Below are positions 55,241 through 64,000 of a stretch of DNA of 64,000 nt, piece by piece; the stretch's first letter is position 1, and each line of letters begins with the position of its first letter. The notes under the pieces are model-generated. The model worked only from the letters and a program-made list of their open reading frames with translations. It was not told the DNA's origin and ran no database searches. The DNA is taken from the NCBI RefSeq assembly GCF_006345805.1, contig NC_043004.1:38502001-38566000 (forward strand), read 5' to 3'. This stretch comes from Octopus sinensis. Its lineage: Eukaryota. Both the position numbers and the translations under genes were made by a program.

Positions 55241-56319
55241 TACATACGATAGTTTAAAATTATACACATAAGGAATCTACACCTAGGGTGAAGATTCAGC
55301 GCATTAGAGAGCCACAAAAATAATGGATAAGATTCGACAGGAGCAAAAATTTGAAAATGAAAAACATTTACCATTTATTATCCCGGACCAATATTGGTTT
55401 CAGATCTTCCTTTAGCAAGGTCTGATCTTTTTTAAAGAGGGCCAACCTGGGGTTAAAACATGTAAGACAGAAGGCAAGGAACTGTTATCTGCCTGCTGAC
55501 TACACGAAGTAACTTTTCAGAATTTCTCTGCGGAATCGCAGTCCTATCGACAGCCACAACAAACCGTCAATTTTATTGTTGTTATTGGATTAGCGAGGCA
55601 ATTATTGGATTAGCGAGGCAAATATGAGAACGGAAAGAATGGATAAACCCCGATTTCCCGGTAATTACCGGATACGTCAGCTAGATTACAATTATAGATA
55701 CATTTAAATATATTTATATACATCTATCCATTCATCCATCCATCTATCTATATCTGTATACACACACACACACATATATATATGTGTGTGTGTGTGTGTG
55801 TTTATGTTTGTATTTGTGTGTAGATAGATAGTCGGATATGGTGGTTATGTCGAACGTGGCATTTGAGTCCCGCCGACGATTTACAAAGAAGCCCACACAT
55901 GCTACCTGCATGAGGATTATAGTCAAGTGCAGCTCATGCATTTCAGCCGCTTTTCTACTTTGATTTGTACCCTTAAGCCTGTTAATGCTTGTTGGAATTA
56001 ACTTTTATTTTCTGTGATCAAATTCAACAGGCTGAATCTCTCTTAGTTACTAATATTGGTATAAAATCTGGGTATGGGTAAAAATTATGTAAGGGCAATT
56101 ATTTATAAATAAATGTTAGGTAGTAAGTTACAGTAAAAATAGTATTGAAATGATATGACAAATAGATACAGTTTAAAATAATCATAGTCAGAAAGGGCCT
56201 GAGTCTTATATAAACACAGTGCACATATATCCATACACCTATATGTATATGTATTACGTTGAAAACGAACACAGGAATTGATATACATGCATGTGTTTAT
56301 GCACACACACACACACACG

Positions 56320-56351
<32 letters not shown>

Positions 56352-56513
56352 TTATCGCCATACTAATATGGCATTCTTATAAAAATAAGAATAAAGCTGA
56401 CCGCTTATTAGCTCCATGAGGCCATCGCCTTAAGTTAGCTATTTGATACACAAACTGTATCCATATAACCTTTGAACAAGGGAGGTCAGTCGCTCCACAC
56501 TACTTGGCCGGCA

Positions 56514-56555
56514 GCTACAGACGCGTTTCGGGGTATTGCCCCTTTTCAATGCAGC
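56514..56555 (-). ncRNA. Type-I hammerhead ribozyme, U3-A8 core variant (copy 1)
   Basis: GCTGCA-TTGAAAA-GGGG CAATA CCCC-GAA-ACGCGT-C-TGTAGC. All three helices form; cleavage after 56520. Confidence 0.85.
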
Positions 56556-56876
56556 GTAGCCAAACCAGTAGGTGTCGCTTCCGACAATCTCTGTTCAAAG
56601 GTTTTATTTACCTAGCTTCGGTGGAATACATCCACTTGTTTTCAATAATAGAAATATTAAAATTACTAAGTCTCTCTAAAAGAGAACAACGGCAGCGTTC
56701 CCAGAAAATATTAGTTATCGCCATACTAATATGGCATTCTTATAAAAATAAGAATAAAGCTGACCGCTTATTAGCTCCATGAGGCCATCGCCTTAAGTTA
56801 GCTATTTGATACACAAACTGTATCCATATAACCTTTGAACAAGGGAGGTCAGTCGCTCCACACTACTTGGCCGGCA

Positions 56877-56918
56877 GCTACAGACGCGTTTCGGGGTATT
56901 GCCCCTTTTCAATGCAGC
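56877..56918 (-). ncRNA. Type-I hammerhead ribozyme, U3-A8 core variant (copy 2)
   Basis: Identical to copy 1 and exactly 363 bp away; cleavage after 56883. Confidence 0.85.
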
Positions 56919-57441
56919 GTAGCCAAACCAGTAGGTGTCGCTTCCGACAATCTCTGTTCAAAGGTTTTATTTACCTAGCTTCGGTGGAATACATCCACTT
57001 GTTTTCAATAATAGAAATATTAAAATTACTAAGTCTCTCTAAAAGAGAACAACGGCAGCGTTCCCGGAAAATATTAGTTATCGCCATACTAATATGGCAT
57101 TCTTATAAAAATAAGAATAAAGCTGACCGCTTATTAGCTCCATGAGGCCATCGCCTTAAGTTAGCTATTTGCAATACCCCGAAACGCGTCTGTAGCTGCC
57201 GGCCAAGTAGTGTGGAGCGACTGACCTCCCTTGTTCAAAAGTTATATGGATACAGTTTGTGTATCAAATAGCTAACTTAAGGCGATGGCCTCATGGAGCT
57301 AATAAGCGGTCAGCTTTATTCTTATTTTTATAAGAATGCCATATTAGTATGGCGATAACTAATATTTTCCGGGAACGCTGCCGTTGTTCTCTTTTAGAGA
57401 GACTTAGTAATTTTAATATTTCTATTATATATATATATATT

Positions 57442-57487
<46 letters not shown>

Positions 57488-59031
57488 ATATACATGTACA
57501 TACATATACGTTTACACTGATATGCATGCACACACATTCAAGATATACAATTGGGGGAATAATATATACATATACGTGGCAATATATGCATGTATTCACA
57601 TATGTATATGCATATATACACATGTATGCACATATTTATTCACGTATCTCAACACATTTATGCATTAATGCATAATTGAAAACAAATTATATTTAATAAA
57701 TATACTAAATATGGCTGTTAAATGTTACTACAATATTACCTGTACCCAGTATATGTTGCAAGCACGTGAAAGCGGGGTACGAGGCGATGTTGATTTGTGT
57801 GTATGGCTGGGGGTTGTAGGTAGCAACATGTGAGCTTCTGGCAGATTTGACATGTGAGTGTAAGTTTAGTGCATATGATTGCATGTGTGTGAGAGTGAGA
57901 CGAGGTGACACGTATGTGAGGGCAGTGGTGCAGCTGTGCATACGTGGTAACAGCGCCCAGTGTATTGTTCATCTCAAATGTCATATATATCAAAATAGCT
58001 GTGTATACGCACCACAATAGATACTAATGTATACATCATTCAACGTAAATTAATCCAACAATTTAACATTTGCATGTTGCATAACTGTTTTTAATTAAAA
58101 CCTGCATTTGCGCACAGGGATAAGTTTCAGATAAATCAGATAAAATGGCTAATTATTATATTATGGAGTCAAAGTGGGTATTTAATATTTAGTCTGGCGA
58201 ATATGAATAATGAAACACATATACACACATACGCAAACAATGTATATATGTATGTATGCATGTATGTACATGCACATGAAATATATGCATATGTATACAT
58301 ATACATACATCCATATAAATATATAATCTATACATATATATCTCTATCTATGCACTACATATATGGGAAATTCTGTGTGTGTGTGTGTTTGTGGCGTTGT
58401 TAGCTAATTCCTTGTAGATTGTTTTATCAATTTTGATGAAACCTGACACGTGAGTAGAAATCATGTCTAGGACCCTGATGGCATACTCATATTCTTGAAA
58501 AAATCGATAATAGGGCACCTAGAAGGTATCCTTGTATACATCTAATATATTTTGGTTTAAAAACCAAGGGAAATGACCCATTTGATCCTGGAGGAGATAC
58601 ACATAAATAGCCAAGGGAAATAACCCATTCATTTTCCTCAATTTGGAAAAATGAATTTGAGTATGCTCATTTCATAGTATTTGAACTGTTAGAGTTATTT
58701 TCACAATATTTTCCTAAACAATAGATCCACTTACTTCGTTTAGTGACTTATTCGCGAATATACCAACACTAGCACTCCTGAAGGTAATATTCTCTGGTGA
58801 CACACAAAAGTCCTTTTCAGAGTTATTTACTTTGAATTGTTATTATCTCATATCTGATCAGCCAGTTATTACGTAACAGTCTTCACGATTTTAGTATAGA
58901 TACCTTGTTAGTATTTCCTCCTATGTTCAATATACTCTGGGAACGCACTAAAGCTCTTTTCAGGGCTACTTTATTTGAATTCTTACTATTGGGTTACTAA
59001 TTTAATGTTATTAGATAATTGACTTCACAAT

Positions 59032-59770
59032 GTCTCTATATAAACCGAATCTTTGCTACACTCCATATATAATACGGTATTTACTCTGACTACATATAAT
59101 TCGGCATTTCACAGTATTCACAAAATTCTCCGGTGTTTTACATACTCTACATATAATACGGCATATTGTAGTGTGAACATATATCCGGACTATTAAAGTA
59201 TCTACATATAATCCGGCATTTTATAATGTATATTTATCGTCCAATATTTCGTATTGTGTACACATTGTTCGGCCTAATTGAGTGTCTATATATAGTCCGG
59301 CAATTTATAAAGCCCACATATGTTACGGAACTCTACAGTGTCTACATATATTCTGGCATTTTATAATGTCTACATAGAGTTCGGCGTTTTACAGCATCTA
59401 CATATAGTCCTGCATTTTAAAGGGTCTACATATAGTCCGGCATTCTACTTAATCTGTATTTAATCCGGAATGTTCTAGAGTCCACCAATAATCAGCATTT
59501 TCTCTAACTACATATAATCCAGCATTTCACAGTGTCCATACATACACCTGCATTTTAGAGAGTCTACAAATTGTCCGGCATTATACAACGTATCCATATA
59601 CTCCGGTATATTATAGTGTGTACATATATCCGGCCTATTAATGTGCCTACATATGATCCTGCATGACATAATGTCTACGTATTGTCTGCCATTGTGGTGT
59701 GACTACATATAGTCCCTCATTTTATAGTGTCTCCTTCGAGTCCGGCACTTTCCAGTGTCTATATATACTT
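59032..59770 (+). repeat. Diverged 28-bp minisatellite (about 26 units)
   Basis: Consensus is approximately GTCTACATATAGTCCGGCATTTTACAGT. Confidence 0.85.
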
Positions 59771-60679
59771 CAGCATCGTCGCTTTTGACTGCCACTCAGC
59801 CCCTATAGAACTCCATTTTTGAACTACTACCAACTGCATTGCTCGATGGTAGCGGCATGTCAAAGCTTACCACATTTCGGGTGCCAGGTGCTCTTACCTG
59901 GTCTACGCTGGATCCAGTATTTTAGTTCCGTCAATGAGACGAGTTGAAGAAAATCCAGTCTAACTAACGACGCCGGACCTGCTCACCGTTCAGAAAATAC
60001 TGGATATGTTGCAGCCTCATGGAATTTGTGTGCATCATTTACTATGGCAGATTCCATGGCTGTGTGGTCATTAATTAATATGTTTTTCAAGGTTCTTCAT
60101 TTAAAGAAGCTTTCTTATGTACAGATATTAACTAGTACGGGGCACTACACAAAATAATAATTAATGTAAAAATCTAATACGCAACATTAGACAAACCAAT
60201 ATTCTTTTATATTGTGCACCAGCTCATGTGCTTTCAACACTGATAGATGAAATCTACTCACTTGAACAAAAAACTACCACAAATAACGCATCAATATAAT
60301 GAAATTTTACTCACCTTCCTCTTATAGAATACTAGTCATTTTATAAGATGTTGGTGCGTCATACAACTTGTGAGAATTTTTATGCATGTAATCATTATAT
60401 TATCAGCATAATTCGCACTTAGAGGCAGGTGTGTAGAACTAAGCGAAAATACTTCTACCGAATATGTCAGCCTTCGTATTCAAAGATGAAACTACATATA
60501 CTGTACTTATGTGAGGCAACTAGGAACATGTATTCGGGTATCACTTCATCCTTAGTCATCAGAATAACCATTGTAAGATTGAATGTCGGCATACCATTCG
60601 TTCTCTTGGGATCTTTAAGTTATAGAAACTCAGTGACTGAAACCATCGAATATAACAGTCGAACGAAATAAGGTGTACA

Positions 60680-60850
60680 ATATATTTTTTTCTATTCTAG
60701 GCACAAGGCCCGAAGTTTTGGGGGAGAGGACCAGTCGATTAAATCTACCCCAGCACACAACTGGTACTTAATTTATCGGCCCCGAAAGGATGAAAGGCAA
60801 AGTCGACCTTGGAGGATTTGAACTCAGAACGTAGAGACTGACAAAGATGT
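60680..60850 (-). mobile_element. tRNA-SINE family C-like fragment
   Basis: GGTACTTAATTTATCG..CCCCGAAAGGATGAAAGGCAAAGTCGACC..ATTTGAACTCAGAACGT. Confidence 0.7.
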
Positions 60851-61868
60851 ACAATACTGCTAGATATTACGAAGATCAACTCTGATGATGCAAAAGGGAA
60901 GGTATTCTATACTTTGTAAATGACCATAAAGATGAACTGTTACTAATAGGAAATTTCAAAGCGTGCATCAGGCAAGAATCATAAGAGGTGTTTCAGTGCC
61001 ATATGACATGAAGAGATGTAGCAGGGCTGAGGAATTTTTCCATCACTTTATGATTCAAGGAGAAACTTAATATTAAAAACACCATCATGACTACATTTAC
61101 ACTAGAAGCACCAGCACATCGTAGATTACATTACACCAATGCAAAAAAGTAGAGTGGATGTATATAATACATGGGTGACGGGAAGCGGTAAACCCTAACA
61201 CACAACAGCAAATGACCAGAGGGAAGCCATTCTGTGCGGTGGACAACCCAACTGCATTTGACTGTCAACAAGAACGCTGGCAGATTGAGGAAAATGACAT
61301 GTGTAAGTTTCTGGAACCGTAGTAAACATATATAAACCTGATAGCAAATGGTATTCTCGTCACAAGCAGAATATAAAACCGATAAAACACTAATTACTAC
61401 ACAAATGCCTGATTGCGAACATACTACACTAGTTTCAAATTAGGAGCAATGCTGCAAAAGGAGTCAGAGTTATCTGTAGCCGCCTGGTACGCAATAATGC
61501 TTCCTAAATTCAAAGAAACTAAAATGATATAATAGCTTATTCGTACGTTGAAGTTGGAGTGTTGGAGCTGCACCCCACTGATAATTTTGATATAAGGAGC
61601 TTCTAAGTTTGACCAAAATAACTATGCAAATCTCGGAATAAATTTGTCAACTGATGGATCGGCAATATCTTATGTGAAGAAAAGCAGTAGTTGGAAAAGT
61701 TCGTTGCTCTGATGTGTGGGGTGGAATGATGCGGGAAGAGGAAGAGGAAGGGAGAAGTAAAAGATAGAGCAAGATGACATACACAGACTGTCTGCTTAGT
61801 GTTAGAATTTAATTCGAAACCTTCTCCTAATCAAAAAATCACTTTCTGCTTGACAATTATACTATATA

Positions 61869-62027
61869 AATGTAAGGTATACTAGCCATCTCAATATGGC
61901 TAACCACTAAGTGTGGGTGTTACTGTAGCTTGTAGCCCCAGGAGATCATGGTCTCATGGGCTACAAGCTACAGTAACACCCACCCTTAGTGGTTAGCCAT
62001 ATTGAGATGGCTTGTATACCTTACATT
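61869..62027. mobile_element. Foldback MITE: ~70-bp near-perfect inverted repeat with a short loop
   Basis: AATGTAAGGTATAC...GTAGCCC / GGGCTAC...GTATACCTTACATT. Confidence 0.85.
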
Positions 62028-62629
62028 GTCGTGCAGTTACTGTTTACATCTCGTTCAGAGATTCATTATTGCTTGCAGGCAATTATACTATAATTTGTTT
62101 CTTATTATCTTAATTATAAAATATATAACCCCAAAAGTTTTTGTAATCTAAAATGTAAAAAAAAAAAGACAAACATTTTTTTTTCATTGTAGTAGTCAAA
62201 AAACGCAAGTTGCAGTGCTAAATATTGACTGAAATTATCCAAATGAAAGATATAAACAAATCAATTTATTAGTCAATCAGTCATTCAAAGTTAAATGTTA
62301 AGTATAAAAACTATAATTGTAAGTTTGATTAAGTATTCAATCATTAATTAGTAATTATAAGAAACAAAAAGTAAAGAAATGACCCTATTTGATTCAAACC
62401 ATTCATACATTTTATTTATTTAAATTTGTAAACATGCAGGAGCACCATTTTTTTAATTTAATTTTTTTTCTTAAAACATAGAAAAAAAATTGGCGGTGGG
62501 GTTGTATATTTTATAATTAAGATACTCACACAGATATCTAGGGACATTTTAATGAGTGGTCGTAACACCATTGAGAGAAAGCAGGATAGCCTATAAATGC
62601 TGGAGAAATTTGCTCCGTAAACTGGCCGG

Positions 62630-64000
62630 GTTGACGTGAGTAAACAATCCTTCAGGTTGGTAGCTGTATACGCTCCTGTGAAGGGTATGCAGTCAGGTTT
62701 TTACCGGGAACTGGAGCACTTTCTAGTGACGTCTAAAACGTTATTTTTTTTAGGGGACTTCAACTCTATCCTCGAAGCGCGGGTCGATAGTGTGGGTTCA
62801 ACTGATAGGAAAGGGAATCCTTGCCTCAAGGGTCTGCTAGAGAGCTATTATCTAGTAGACCGCTACCGACTGGAGGAGCCGAACGTTCCACAGTGGACGT
62901 GGAGTAACAACGACGGCTCACTCAGATCGTACATAGATAGGGTATTTATTAAGGAAAGAGATAAGAATAGTGTTAGTTGTCCACAGTTTTGAATTGTGCC
63001 TTACACGGATCACAAACTTGTGACGTGTGAGGTACACGTAGATAAATGTCATAGACAGAGACCCGGGTACTGGAAAATGAACAAGTCTATTTTGTCTTGT
63101 CAAGCTTTCCGTACCCGGATTAAGGAGTTAGTTCAGAGGGCATTATGTGGAACCATCATTAACAATAGATGGTGGCACGCCCTCAAAAGAGCCATTCGTT
63201 CAGAGTCCATTAGATTTAGCAAGCAGCTAAGTTTAGATAGGACTAGAATAGAGGGCGACCTAGTTAAGAACTTAGACGAGGCAATGGAATCTGGCTCTGC
63301 ATCTAGAGTGTTGGCAGCGAGAACGGTCTTGTACCGCCACCTCAACGCCAAGCATGAAGGCTGCAGAGTCAGAGCCAAGCTACGCGCAGGGAAGCGAGAA
63401 GGTATTAACGTGGCTGGATGGGCACGTCGTGTGGAGAGTCAGAGAGGTAAAATGTCCTCTATAAAGTCTTTAACGGACGAGCGGGGACGCAAGATCTATG
63501 GACAGGAGGAGATTCAGAAAGTCTTTCACCAGCATTTTGCTCAGTTGTTCGTGGGGAGTGGTCCGCTTGAGCGGGGGGAACCCTTAAGGGACTTCCTAGC
63601 CGGTGGGCCACGACTTTCGACACGTGAGGCTGAATGCTGTGAAGGACCGATCACTCCCGAGGAGGTAAGAGAAGTGTTGGCCGAGTGCGCCGGGGAAAAG
63701 TCGACGGGGCTAGATGGTCTGCCCTATGAGTTTTATCGTTGTATGCCGGACTCGTTCGGGGATATACTGGCGGGTGTCTATGCAAACTGGCAACAGAACG
63801 GGATAATTCCCAGTTCTGTGAGCCGGGGAGTTGTGACACTGATCCAGAAAGACCCGAGCAAGGGGGATTGTATCAGTAATTACAGGCCCATAACACTACT
63901 TAAATGTAGAGTTAAAGATTTTGGCCAAGGTGCTAGCAAAAAAGGTTGACGGTTGTCGTGAAGAAACTTGTCGGGAAGGCACAGACATGTGCAATCCCAC
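62630..64000 (+). mobile_element. Tx1/L1-clade LINE ORF2 (APE endonuclease, linker, start of RT); continues past the window end
   Basis: AVYAP, LGDFN, WTW..SYIDRVF, TDHK, GYWKMN, GPITPEEV..KSTGLDGLPYEFY, NYRPITLL. Confidence 0.9.

Larger units (their letters stand above)
56348..57428 (-). mobile_element. Young 363-bp tandem array with hammerhead ribozymes plus a terminal inverted segment (retrozyme or PLE-pLTR-like)
   Basis: Units at 56348-56710, 56711-57073 and a partial 57074-57171; inverted copy at 57171-57428. About 1 substitution between units. Inserted in (TA)n. Confidence 0.85.

Noticed and set aside
55527-55635. Short frame CGIAVLSTATTNRQFYCC resembling a galaxin repeat after a TTTTCAG acceptor
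   Set aside because: Only one CC, a 20-bp duplication shifts the frame, and the paralogous sequence at about 19690 has a stop in that frame.
55640-55690. Minus-strand CTGACG..CCGGTAATTACCGG-GAAA hammerhead-like motif
   Set aside because: A9 is absent, helices III and I do not form, and the GAAA belongs to a repeat shared with about 19630 that lacks the rest.
56504-57145. Duplicated 92-aa ORFs in the 363-bp array
   Set aside because: They are antisense to the ribozyme strand, have no recognisable domain and start at a non-ATG codon.
59032-59770. CRISPR-like array
   Set aside because: Contiguous diverged units without unique spacers, in a eukaryotic context with no cas genes.

Overview
Eukaryotic, AT-rich, repeat-dense genomic DNA, most likely from an octopus or other coleoid cephalopod (inferred from the SINE families and microsatellite style; no database check). 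There is a 100-N scaffold gap at 20751-20850. The only well-supported host genes are two convergent paralogues of a galaxin-like di-cysteine-repeat protein (26146-26627 +, 38919-39379 -), one in each arm of a large inverted duplication. They differ almost only by amino-acid-changing substitutions in the N-terminal half. The rest is transposable elements: (TAA)n-associated R4/Dong-type REL retrotransposons, CR1/L2-like, RTE-like and Tx1/L1-like LINEs, Neptune-type Penelope-like elements (PLEs), mariners, a Helitron remnant, MITEs and tRNA-SINEs. The most notable hidden signal is a set of minimal type-I hammerhead ribozymes with palindromic helix III. The best example is a very young 363-bp tandem array (56348-57428) whose ribozymes carry the compensatory U3-A8 core (UUGAAAA instead of CUGANGA) and would release an exact 363-nt monomer, i.e. 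a retrozyme or PLE-pLTR-like candidate circular RNA.
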